DNA of 64,000 nucleotides. Origin: an uncultured Actinomycetota bacterium. GTDB lineage: Bacteria; Actinomycetota; Actinomycetes; JAFAQI01. The stretch spans positions 352,001 through 416,000 of the forward strand of contig CAVYQE010000011.1 of NCBI GenBank assembly GCA_963770565.1, in the 5' to 3' direction. The position numbers and the translations under genes are program-made. Shown one piece after another: positions 1 to 8,500 of the stretch. The notes beneath the pieces are model-generated. The model was not told the origin of the DNA and did no database searches. It saw only the letters and a program-made list of their open reading frames with translations. Each line of letters starts with the position of its first letter. Position 1 is the stretch's first letter.

Positions 1-2
1 AG

Positions 3-155
3 GCTCGGCACGCGTACTGGCTCAACCCGGAGCCGCGGCAGTACTGGTCGTCGGGCGACTCGGCCGCGGCGGTCTACGGCGAGGCGATGCCGATGCTCGA
101 GTGCCGAAACGTGGCTCAACTGCAGCAGTTCGTCGAGGGTCTGCTCCCGGTCTAA
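3..155 (+). CDS. 3' end of VWA/CoxE-like domain protein (truncated by window start)
   Basis: Manual translation of frame 3: [60 protein letters not shown] and ECRN..QL..FV match CoxE-type C-termini found upstream of nadD in actinobacteria. Confidence 0.7.
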   Translation, partial: ARHAYWLNPEPRQYWSSGDSAAAVYGEAMPMLECRNVAQLQQFVEGLLPV

Positions 156-184
156 GCCGGGTTGCGCCGGTAGCCTTCGACAGT

Positions 185-796
185 GTGAGCGCTCCCGGCG
201 GTGAAGCGCGTCGGGTCGGAGTCATGGGTGGCACCTTCGATCCGGTGCACAACGGTCACTTGGTGGCGGCGAGCGAGGTAGCGAGCCGGTTCGCCCTCGA
301 CGAGGTCGTGTTCGTCCCGACCGGCGAGCCGTGGCAGAAGACGACCCACCCGGTGTCGCCGGCCGAGGATCGCTATCTCATGACGGTGATCGCGACCGCC
401 TCGAACCCGCGGTTCTCCGTCAGCCGGGTCGACATCGACCGCAATGGCCCGACGTACACGATCGACACCCTGCACGACCTGCGCAAGCAGTACGGCGACG
501 CCACGGAGCTGTTCTTCATCACCGGCGCCGACGCGCTCGAGGCGATTCTCGGCTGGCACAAGTCGGAGGAGCTGTTCACGCTGGCGCACTTCGTCGGGGT
601 GACCCGGCCGGGGCACCATTTGTCCGATCCGGGCTTCCCGGCCGGCGGGGTCAGCCTGGTCGAGGTGCCTGCCCTGGCGATCAGCTCGACGGATTGCCGG
701 TTAAGGGTGGAGGCCGGAGAGCCGATCTGGTACCTCGTGTCGGATGGCGTCGTGCAATACATCTCGAAGCGCAACTTGTACGCGAAAGTTAGGTAA
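185..796 (+). CDS. nadD: Nicotinate-nucleotide adenylyltransferase
   Basis: [14 protein letters not shown] (HxGH), [15 protein letters not shown] and ISSTDCR motifs. Start uncertain (GTG 185 chosen). Confidence 0.95.
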   Translation: MSAPGGEARRVGVMGGTFDPVHNGHLVAASEVASRFALDEVVFVPTGEPWQKTTHPVSPAEDRYLMTVIATASNPRFSVSRVDIDRNGPTYTIDTLHDLRKQYGDATELFFITGADALEAILGWHKSEELFTLAHFVGVTRPGHHLSDPGFPAGGVSLVEVPALAISSTDCRLRVEAGEPIWYLVSDGVVQYISKRNLYAKVR

Positions 797-2508
797 TGGC
801 CGGTAAGCGGAGGAAGGGGAAGGACCCCGTTCCGTCGAGGCCGGCCGAGCCGCCGCCGGCGGCTCCGGAGCCGACTCCGCCCCCTCCGGCCGCAGCCCCA
901 CCGCCGCCCACCGATAGCGAGCCGGCCCAGCCCGCACCGCCGGCGCCCACGTACCCGGAGCCGGTCGTGCCGCCGCCGGCGCCGCCACCGGCGCCCGAAC
1001 CACCATTGCCGCCGCCACCGGCGCCGCCACCGGCGCCCGAACCACCACCGCCACCGCCACCGCCACCGCCGCCACCCGAACCACCATTGCCGCCACCACC
1101 TTTGCCGCCACCGGCGCCCGAACCACCATTGCCGCCACCGGCGCCCGAACCACCATTGCCGCCGCTACCGCCGCCACCCGTGATCCCTCCGGCGAACCCG
1201 CCTACGAGCGGGTTCGCCACGTATCCGGGGGCTGCGACGGCGTTCGAGTCGCCCACGCCTCCGGCGACGCCGCCGGTCGTGATGGCGCCGCCGGTGACTC
1301 GTCGCCAGGCCCGCCAGGCGCGCCGGCGGCAGCAACACCGCCGGATCGGCTTGCTCGGCGGCGTGGCGATCGCGGTCGCTGCGATCGTGATCATCAGCGC
1401 CATCGCCTTCGGCGTGCACAAGGTTGAGACCAGCTCGCACGGCTCCACCCGGTCCCAGGCGACCTTGCTGATGCAGGTCCAGGGCTCGGACCGGACGGCC
1501 GCGGCAAGCGTGCTGCTCGCGCACAACTCGGCGACCAAGTCCGGCGTCGTCGTGCTGGTGCCGCCCCGGGTGATCAGTCAGGTCTGTGGTTACGGCTCGC
1601 AGAACTTCGGCGACATCCTCGCGTTGCCCAACGGCCCGGTGCTGTCCCGACAGACGATGTCGATGATGCTCAACGATGTCACGGTGGATGGCTCGTGGGT
1701 GCTGTCCGAGGCGCAGCTCGCCAAGCTGATCGACGTCTATGGCGGGATCACCGTCGACGTCGACACCAACGTCGTCAGGCGCACCAGTGGCGGCGGCGGG
1801 CAGATCCTGATCCCGGCCGGGACCAACGAGCACCTCGACGGCGCGAAGGCGGTCGAGTACGCGCTCTACTCGTCCTCGCCACAGACCGGTGGTCCGGCGC
1901 AGCTGACCCGGCTCAATCGGGTAGTGGCTGCTCTGCTGCAGGTACTGCCGACCGACCCCACGCCGATCGCGGCCTCGCTGCGCCAGCTCGGACCGAGTGG
2001 CACGTCGACCCTTGGCGTGGACAAGCTCTCGACCATGTTGGCCGGGCTGGCCAGCGACAGTCGCAAGGCCGCTGGTGTGTTCCCCACCGACCTTCCGGTC
2101 ACCCCGATCGACGCGGGCGGGTTGAGCCCGTCGTACCGGATCGACGACTCCGCGTCCGGAGTTCCGCAGCTCGTGCACAACCAGCTGGCCGACTCGCTGC
2201 CGGCCGGCGCCAACCGGCCGCGCTCGAGTGTGTTGCTGCTCAACGGCGTCGGTACGCCGGGCCTGGTCCTGAGCGCCTGCGCCCGGTTGTCCGCGCGCGG
2301 CTACAGCTATGCGGGCAGCGGCAATGCGGCGAACTTCAACAACCCGACGTCGAGCGTCGTGATCAAGTCGGACTCCGATGCCAACGTGGCGCTCGGCGAT
2401 GCGGTCGCCAAGGCGCTCGGGCTGTCGAGCGGCGACGTGGTGCACAGCACGGAGAACCAGGACGTGGCTGACGTGGTCGTGATCCTCGGCAAGGACTACC
2501 ACCCGTAG
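796..2508 (+). CDS. LCP (LytR/CpsA/Psr)-like membrane protein with proline-rich N-terminus and LytR_C domain
   Basis: Pro-rich N-terminus, Arg cluster plus one TM helix, LIDVYGGITVDV and LDGAKA LCP-like segments, C-terminal VLLLNG...DVVVILGKDY LytR_C motif. Lies between nadD and rsfS. Confidence 0.8.
   Translation: MAGKRRKGKDPVPSRPAEPPPAAPEPTPPPPAAAPPPPTDSEPAQPAPPAPTYPEPVVPPPAPPPAPEPPLPPPPAPPPAPEPPPPPPPPPPPPEPPLPPPPLPPPAPEPPLPPPAPEPPLPPLPPPPVIPPANPPTSGFATYPGAATAFESPTPPATPPVVMAPPVTRRQARQARRRQQHRRIGLLGGVAIAVAAIVIISAIAFGVHKVETSSHGSTRSQATLLMQVQGSDRTAAASVLLAHNSATKSGVVVLVPPRVISQVCGYGSQNFGDILALPNGPVLSRQTMSMMLNDVTVDGSWVLSEAQLAKLIDVYGGITVDVDTNVVRRTSGGGGQILIPAGTNEHLDGAKAVEYALYSSSPQTGGPAQLTRLNRVVAALLQVLPTDPTPIAASLRQLGPSGTSTLGVDKLSTMLAGLASDSRKAAGVFPTDLPVTPIDAGGLSPSYRIDDSASGVPQLVHNQLADSLPAGANRPRSSVLLLNGVGTPGLVLSACARLSARGYSYAGSGNAANFNNPTSSVVIKSDSDANVALGDAVAKALGLSSGDVVHSTENQDVADVVVILGKDYHP
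970..1180 (+). repeat. Intragenic tandem Pro-rich repeats (PAPEPPLPPP units; ccaccg runs)
   Basis: Repeated ccggcgcccgaaccaccattgccgcca units and (ccaccg)n-type runs visible directly. Confidence 0.85.
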
Positions 2509-2575
2509 GCTCGATCCCGCTGCGTCGTGGCAGGCTAGAGATGCCGGATTGCCCCCGATTGACCAGAGGATCGAT

Positions 2576-2953
2576 TTGACTGCAACTGCCCGAAGCGTCG
2601 AACTCGCCGAGGCCGCCGTGAGCGCGGCCGCCGACAAGCTGGCGACCGACCTCGAGATCGTTGACGTCAGCGACCACCTGGCGATCACCGACTGCTTCGT
2701 GCTGGCCGCGGCCACCAACGAGCGGCAGGTCAAGGCGGTGGTGGAGGCGATCGAGGAGCGGCTGCTGACCCTCGGTGCCAAGCCGGTACGCCGCGAGGGC
2801 GAACGCGAGGGGCGCTGGGTGCTGCTCGACTACATCGACATCGTGGTTCACGTGCAGCACAGCGAGGAGCGGGTCTTCTACTCCTTGGAACGGCTGTGGA
2901 AGGACTGCCCGTCGCTTCCGCTGCCTGCTGACGCGCTTCCGCCCGCCTCGTGA
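2576..2953 (+). CDS. rsfS: Ribosome silencing factor
   Basis: DKLA, TDCFVLA, EG...WVLLDYIDIVVHV and FYSLERLW motifs. TTG start after AGAGGA. Confidence 0.95.
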   Translation: MTATARSVELAEAAVSAAADKLATDLEIVDVSDHLAITDCFVLAAATNERQVKAVVEAIEERLLTLGAKPVRREGEREGRWVLLDYIDIVVHVQHSEERVFYSLERLWKDCPSLPLPADALPPAS

Positions 2954-3591
2954 GCCAGCTGCGCCGCGTCGTGCTGCTCCGCCATGGCCGGACGGAGTGG
3001 AATGCGACCGGTCGCTTCCAGGGCCAGCTCGACTCACCGCTGGACGGGATCGGCCGGGCGCAGGCGCTGGCCGCGGCGATCGCGGTCGCGCCGATGACGC
3101 CGGACGCAATGGTCACCTCGGATCTAGCCCGGGCGCTCGACACCGCCGTCGCGGTCGGTGCGGAGGCGGGCCTCGACCCGGTCGCGGACCCGAGGCTGCG
3201 TGAGATCGATCTCGGCGAGTGGCAGGGTCTGACCCGGGCGGAGGCACGGGCCCGGTTCCCGGTCGAGTACGCGAGCTGGCAGGCCGGTGAGGACAGCCGC
3301 AGGGGCGCGGGGGAGACCTACGCCGAGGTCGGGGCCCGGGCCGCCGAGTGCGTCTTCGAGTGGCTGGACCGGCTGGGTCCCGGCTCGCTGCTGGTCGCGG
3401 TCACCCACGGTGGCACCGCGCGGGCCACGATCGGGACCCTGCTCGGCATGGAGCCGGACACCTGGTGGCGACTTGCGCCACTGTCGAACTGCCGGTGGTC
3501 CCTACTCGCCGACATGGGTCGCGGCTGGCGGCTGGAAGAGCACAACGCGGGCAGCCCGCCGGAGGAGGAGACCGGGGACGACGCCCGGTAG
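2950..3591 (+). CDS. Histidine phosphatase (phosphoglycerate mutase family)
   Basis: LLRHGRTEWN, SDLARA, LREIDLGEWQG and VTHGG motifs. GTGA overlap with rsfS. Confidence 0.92.
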   Translation: MSQLRRVVLLRHGRTEWNATGRFQGQLDSPLDGIGRAQALAAAIAVAPMTPDAMVTSDLARALDTAVAVGAEAGLDPVADPRLREIDLGEWQGLTRAEARARFPVEYASWQAGEDSRRGAGETYAEVGARAAECVFEWLDRLGPGSLLVAVTHGGTARATIGTLLGMEPDTWWRLAPLSNCRWSLLADMGRGWRLEEHNAGSPPEEETGDDAR

Positions 3592-3676
3592 GCCCCGGGC
3601 CAGGAGAGTTCCAGAATCGGTTGCGACCGCACGTGATCGGTGCAAGCATCTGGCCAGCCGGGTCTAAGGGGGTCTG

Positions 3677-4762
3677 ATGAGCATGTCGTGGCGTCGGAAG
3701 ACGATCGGATCGGCCGCGATCGTCGTACTTGTTGCAGGGTCCGCGGTCGCTAGCTTGCCTGCTTCGGCGGGGGCGCGGGCCGTCCAGGCGAGGCCGAGCG
3801 CGGCGAAAGTCACCGGGCTGAGCTTCGATCCTGCGATCCAGACCATCCTGTCGAACACACACAAGAAGCTGCAGGTACGGCTTTTCGCGTCGGAGAGCAT
3901 CGAGTCCACGGGTTCGGCGACGTCGGCCGGCGTGACGGTGTCCCGCAACGGCGTGCCCGAGACTCACAACTGGAACTTCAGCCTCACCAACGGCACGTTG
4001 ACGTTCAATCCGGCCACCGGCAAGGGCTCGCTGAAGACGAAGAAGGAGCTCTTGCCCTACGCGATGGCGACCCTCTCGCTGAAGGCCACCGGCAAGAAGC
4101 AGACCACCAAGTGCGGCACCCAGAAGACGATCGACCAGCCGGTGAAGGTCAGCGGCACATTCTGGTTCGACACCCGGTCCGGCAAGCACGGGTGGGGCAA
4201 GGTCACGAGCAAGCACCTGTCGGGCAAGACCTTCGTGATCTACGAGATCGGCAAGCCGGGCACTTGCGGCGGGGGCTTTGTCTTCCCGTGCGGTGCGGGT
4301 CTGGACTGGGATGTGTTCCACAGCCAGACCGGGACCATCAACCAGACTTCGTTCAGCGGCTCGATCGTGAAGGTCGGCAAGAAGACCTTGCGGACGATCT
4401 TCGCCAGTCGCAACACCCAGCTGAGCAAGCCGAAGAACGCGTCGCGGGGTGATGAGACCGAAGTCGCCGACAACAACCAGGTCTTCAAGGTCTCCAAGGC
4501 GGGCCTGGCCACCCTCACCGTCAAGGGCGTAGGTCCGCTGAGCGGTTCAGCGACGCTGTCCAGTTCGCTGCCGGGTGAGACCGGCTCGCCCGAGAGCTGC
4601 GGCAAGTCGGGCCACACCGAGACCTCGACCGACTGGCAGGTGGCCTACACGAATGGAAAGTCGCCGCTTGAGGTCCACGAGCAGATCGAAGGCGCCTACA
4701 AGGTGCCGAACATCGGTAGCGACAGCTTCGAGAACTCGATCGACAAGACCGTCGTCAACTGA
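3677..4762 (+). CDS. Secreted hypothetical protein, Lys/Thr/Ser-rich
   Basis: Signal-peptide-like N-terminus, strong GC3 codon pattern, four Cys, no family recognised. Confidence 0.75.
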   Translation: MSMSWRRKTIGSAAIVVLVAGSAVASLPASAGARAVQARPSAAKVTGLSFDPAIQTILSNTHKKLQVRLFASESIESTGSATSAGVTVSRNGVPETHNWNFSLTNGTLTFNPATGKGSLKTKKELLPYAMATLSLKATGKKQTTKCGTQKTIDQPVKVSGTFWFDTRSGKHGWGKVTSKHLSGKTFVIYEIGKPGTCGGGFVFPCGAGLDWDVFHSQTGTINQTSFSGSIVKVGKKTLRTIFASRNTQLSKPKNASRGDETEVADNNQVFKVSKAGLATLTVKGVGPLSGSATLSSSLPGETGSPESCGKSGHTETSTDWQVAYTNGKSPLEVHEQIEGAYKVPNIGSDSFENSIDKTVVN

Positions 4763-4809
4763 GCACCGGCCGTAGGCCTCGGCGGCGTCTGTAGACTGGG
4801 CGCCGCTTT

Positions 4810-4882
4810 GGGGCTGTGGCGCAGCTGGTAGCGCACTTGCATGGCATGCAAGGGGTCAGGGGTTCGAATCCCCTCAGCTCCA
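4810..4882 (+). tRNA. tRNA-Ala (anticodon GGC)
   Basis: Acceptor stem GGGGCTG/CAGCTCC with G3:U70, anticodon stem CTTGC-ATGGCAT-GCAAG, T-loop GGTTCGAATCC. 73 nt, CCA not encoded. Confidence 0.97.
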
Positions 4883-4914
4883 CTCGACCGTGGGTTCGTG
4901 GACCGTTGGACGCT

Positions 4915-4979
4915 GATCTTCGCGCTCGTGACCGTTTTTCGCACGACCCGCCGCAGAAGTGGTCACGAGCACGAAGATC
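4915..4979. repeat. Long inverted repeat (REP-like hairpin or terminator) downstream of the tRNA
   Basis: gatcttcgcgctcgtgacc (4915-4933) vs ggtcacgagcacgaagatc (4961-4979): 19 bp, one mismatch. Confidence 0.75.
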
Positions 4980-5059
4980 TGGAGTCGCGTTCCACCGTGG
5001 GGTGGGTTAGCTGAGTTCGCGAACCTTGAGGGTGTCGACAGGCCGACCGAACGGTCCGG

Positions 5060-6646
5060 CTAGTGGTGCTGGGTGAAACCGAGAGTCGCGATCGGCCCGG
5101 CACCGGAGTTGTTGCGGGCCCGCACCTCCACCAAGTAGGTCTGGCCCTTGAACAGTCCCGTTCGGCTGGCGTGGCGGCGGAGCCCGGTGCTGGCCCAGCC
5201 GGTCCAGGTGTGTCCGTTGTTGGGTGACCAGCGGATCTGGTAGGAGCTGATCGGCGCACTGCCGTGAAAGGCCGGTGCCCGCCAACTCAGGGTGGCCGAT
5301 CCCGGGTGCGGGAAGGTCACCTTCAGGGTTCGGGGTGCGGTGGAGGTGCCGACAATGACCGCGGGTGAGGTGATGGATGGCGGTCCGGTGCCGATCGCGT
5401 TCTGACCTGTGACGACGAACCGGTAGTGGCTTCTGTTCTTCAGTCCGCGCACCGTGCAGTGCAATGTCCCGGTGCTGACGCACTGCTGGCCGCCCGGGGT
5501 CGCAGTAACCCGGTAGCCGGTGATGGCGGCCGCACCGGGGGCTGTCGGCGGCGCCCAGCTCACGACCGCGGCCTTCGCCCGTGGGCTTGCGCTCACCGTG
5601 CGGGGCGCGGACGGCACCCCGGTGGTGATCCGTGCCACCGAGCTATCGACGAACTCGGTGAACCACATGTTCCCGTCCGGTCCCGCCGCGATTCCGGCCG
5701 GACGGCTGGCGGCGGCAATCCCGGTACTGAACTCCTTCACCTTTCCCTTCGGGGTGATCCGCGCGACCTGGCCATCGTTGAACTCGGTGAACCACAAGTT
5801 TCCGTCCGGCCCCGCCGCGATGCCTCGCGGATTGCTGTTCGAGGTGATGCCGGTGCTGAACTCGGTGATCGTGCCCACCGCCGATGAGACGCCGGTGGTG
5901 ATCCGCCCGACCCGGTTGCCGTTGAACTCGGTGAACCACATGTTTCCGTCCGGCCCCGCCGCGATCTCGCTCACGCCGCTGGCGGCCGTGATCCCGGCGC
6001 TGTACTCCGTGACCTTCCCGCGGGGGGTGATCCGCCCGATCTGGTCACTGGCGGTTTGGGTGAACCACAGGTTGCCGTCCGGTCCTGCCGCGATCCCGTC
6101 CGGTTCGCTCGCCGCGGTGATCCCGGCGCTGTACTCCGTGACCTTCCCGTGGGGGGTGATCCGCCCGATCTGGTCACTGGCGGTTTGGGTGAACCACAGG
6201 TTGCCGTCGGGACCTGCCGTGATCCCCATCAGGCCGCTCGTCGTGGTGATCCCGGCGCTGTACTCGGTCACCTTCCCGTGGGGGGTGATCCGCCCGATCT
6301 GGTCACTGTCCTGCTGGGTGAACCACAGGTCGCCGTCCGGTCCGGCCGCGATCCCTTGCAGGAAGCTGTGCGCCGTGATCCCGGCGCCGAACTCCGTCAC
6401 CTTCCCGTTGGGGGTGATCCGCCCGACCTGGTTGGTGGCTCGCTGGATGAACCACAGGTTGCCGCCCGGTCCTGCCGCGATCTCGACCGGCGCGCTTGCG
6501 GCGGTGATCCCGGTGCTGAACTCGGTGACCGTGCCTGGCGAGGTGTAGGTCACCGCGACCGCCGGACCCGCTGACTCGGCCCCACCGATCACTGCCGCCA
6601 CCGCCATCAGCAGGGCGGCGCCTGACCTGCGCCCGCGAGCCACCAT
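5060..6646 (-). CDS. Secreted Vgb-lyase-like 7-bladed beta-propeller + 2 fibronectin type III domains (paralog 1)
   Basis: Signal peptide; seven repeats of IAAGPDGNxWFT..IGRIT; two FN3 domains (VSWAPP...ITGYRVT; LSWRAP...YLVEVRARN). ATG 6646 after AAAGGGG. Confidence 0.88.
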   Translation of the reverse strand: MVARGRRSGAALLMAVAAVIGGAESAGPAVAVTYTSPGTVTEFSTGITAASAPVEIAAGPGGNLWFIQRATNQVGRITPNGKVTEFGAGITAHSFLQGIAAGPDGDLWFTQQDSDQIGRITPHGKVTEYSAGITTTSGLMGITAGPDGNLWFTQTASDQIGRITPHGKVTEYSAGITAASEPDGIAAGPDGNLWFTQTASDQIGRITPRGKVTEYSAGITAASGVSEIAAGPDGNMWFTEFNGNRVGRITTGVSSAVGTITEFSTGITSNSNPRGIAAGPDGNLWFTEFNDGQVARITPKGKVKEFSTGIAAASRPAGIAAGPDGNMWFTEFVDSSVARITTGVPSAPRTVSASPRAKAAVVSWAPPTAPGAAAITGYRVTATPGGQQCVSTGTLHCTVRGLKNRSHYRFVVTGQNAIGTGPPSITSPAVIVGTSTAPRTLKVTFPHPGSATLSWRAPAFHGSAPISSYQIRWSPNNGHTWTGWASTGLRRHASRTGLFKGQTYLVEVRARNNSGAGPIATLGFTQHH

Positions 6647-6734
6647 CGCCGTGCCCCTTTCAGCCGCCAACGTCTCCGCTGGGATGCCTTGGGTGGGAAT
6701 TCGTGACACTCGCTCGTCGATCCATCGTTGGTCG

Positions 6735-8360
6735 TTAGTGCGGTTGAGTGAAGGCGACGGTCGCGACCGGTCCGGCACCGGAGTGGTTGCGGGCCCGGAC
6801 CTCCACGAGGTAGGCCTGGCCTTTGAACAGTCCGGTTCGGCTGCCGTGCCGGCGCAGTTTGGTGTTGGCCCATGCGTTCCAGGTGTGCCCGTTGTTGAAC
6901 GACCAGCGGATCTGATACGAGCTGATCGCACCGCTGCCGTGAAAGGCTGGCGCCCGCCATGTCACGCTGGCTGCTCCGGCGTACGGGAAGTTCACCTTCA
7001 GAGTGCGGGGCACGCTCGGGGTGCCGGCGATGACCGCGGCCGATTGGGCGGACGCCGGCCCGGTGCCAACCGCGTTGTGGGCGGTGACGCGGAACCGGTA
7101 GCTGGTCCCGTTCTTCAGGCCGTGCACCGTGCAGCGATCTGCCCCGGTGCTGACACAGCTGTGCCCGCCGGGGGTGGCGGTGACCAGGTAGCGGCTGATC
7201 GCGATCGCACCCGGGTTTGTTGGCGCCGCCCAGGTCACAACCTCTGATGTCGACCGTGGACTTGCCTTCACCGCACGCGGCGAGGACGGCACCCCGGTGG
7301 TGATCCGCCCGATCTCGTCGACGACGTCCTCGTTGCCCGGCTGGATAAACCACATGCTTCCGTCCGGACCGGCGGCAATGTCATCCGAAGTGCTGTGCGC
7401 GGCAATCCCCTTGCTGTACTCGGTCACTTTCCCGGTCGGGGTGATCTGCGCGACCTGGCCACTCGACCGCTCGGTGAACCACATGCTTCCGTCGGCGCCC
7501 GCGGCGATCCCGAGGGGTTCACTGCCCGCGGTGATGCCCGCGCCGAACTCCTTGACTTTGCCTGCCGCTGACGAGACACCGGTGCTGATCCGCCCGATCC
7601 GGTCAGTACCGAATTCGGTGAACCACATGCTTCCGTCCGGACCCGCCGCGATCCGAAAAATGTCGGCCCCCGCCGTGATCCCGGTGCTGAACTCCTTGAC
7701 TTTGCCTGCCGCTGACGAGACACCCGTGGTGATCCGCCCGATCCGGTCAGCACCGAACTCGGTGAACCACATGTTTCCGTCCGGGCCCGCCGCGATGCCG
7801 ATCGGAACGCTACCCGGGGTGATGCCGTTGCTGAACTCCGTCACCTTCCCCGTCGGCGTGATCCGCCCGACTTCGTTACTGCCCTGCTGGGTGAACCACA
7901 TGTTTCCGTCCGGACCCGCCGCGATCCCGACCGGATCACTGTCCGCGGTGATGTTGGTGTGGAACTCCGTGACCTTCCCGGTCGGCGTGATCCGCCCGAT
8001 CTGATCTGCGTCGGACTCGGTGAACCACATGTTTCCGTCCGGACCTGCCGCGATCCCGCCTGGTCCGCTGGCCGCGGTGATGCCGTTGCTGAACTCGGTC
8101 ACCTTCCCGGTAGGGGTCATCCGACCGACCTGGTCACTGTCCTGCTGGGTGAACCACACGTCACGGTCCGCACCGGCCGCGACCCCCGACGGGTAGCTGC
8201 TGACGATACTGATCACTTTGCTGATGTTGAACTCCGTCACCGTTCCCACCGGAGTGAACGTCACCGCGGTCGCCGGGCCCACCGACCCGGCCACGCCGAT
8301 CGCCGCGATCACCGCCAGTGTTGCCACTCTCGGAGCTGACGTGCGCGCGCCTGTCGCCAT
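6735..8360 (-). CDS. Secreted Vgb-lyase-like 7-bladed beta-propeller + 2 FN3 domains (paralog 2)
   Basis: Same architecture with seven GxDGxxWF-type repeats. ATG 8360 after GAAAGGGGG. Confidence 0.88.
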   Translation of the reverse strand: MATGARTSAPRVATLAVIAAIGVAGSVGPATAVTFTPVGTVTEFNISKVISIVSSYPSGVAAGADRDVWFTQQDSDQVGRMTPTGKVTEFSNGITAASGPGGIAAGPDGNMWFTESDADQIGRITPTGKVTEFHTNITADSDPVGIAAGPDGNMWFTQQGSNEVGRITPTGKVTEFSNGITPGSVPIGIAAGPDGNMWFTEFGADRIGRITTGVSSAAGKVKEFSTGITAGADIFRIAAGPDGSMWFTEFGTDRIGRISTGVSSAAGKVKEFGAGITAGSEPLGIAAGADGSMWFTERSSGQVAQITPTGKVTEYSKGIAAHSTSDDIAAGPDGSMWFIQPGNEDVVDEIGRITTGVPSSPRAVKASPRSTSEVVTWAAPTNPGAIAISRYLVTATPGGHSCVSTGADRCTVHGLKNGTSYRFRVTAHNAVGTGPASAQSAAVIAGTPSVPRTLKVNFPYAGAASVTWRAPAFHGSGAISSYQIRWSFNNGHTWNAWANTKLRRHGSRTGLFKGQAYLVEVRARNHSGAGPVATVAFTQPH

Positions 8361-8500
8361 GCTGTGCCCCCTTTCGACCGCCACCCGCAGCCCCCACCCG
8401 GGTGCGGCGATCAATTTCGAGCCTCAATGATCCGGCGACAGGCGATTCATACCAGCAGGACCGCTCTGTCGGAAAGCCCGGTCGAGCGACCGGCCGTCGG

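Noticed and set aside
789-1538. Gly-rich PE-PGRS-like ORF on the minus strand
   Set aside because: It is the reverse complement of the polyproline tract of the LCP gene
1165-2781. Long antisense or alternate-frame ORFs (also 9627-11234, 16792-18477, 26739-28796, 34511-36793, 42791-44425)
   Set aside because: They shadow well-supported genes and are expected from stop-codon scarcity in GC-rich DNA; no motifs
4810-5060. tRNA-anchored integrative element
   Set aside because: No integrase, and I did not spot a duplicated tRNA 3' end (att site) in the window
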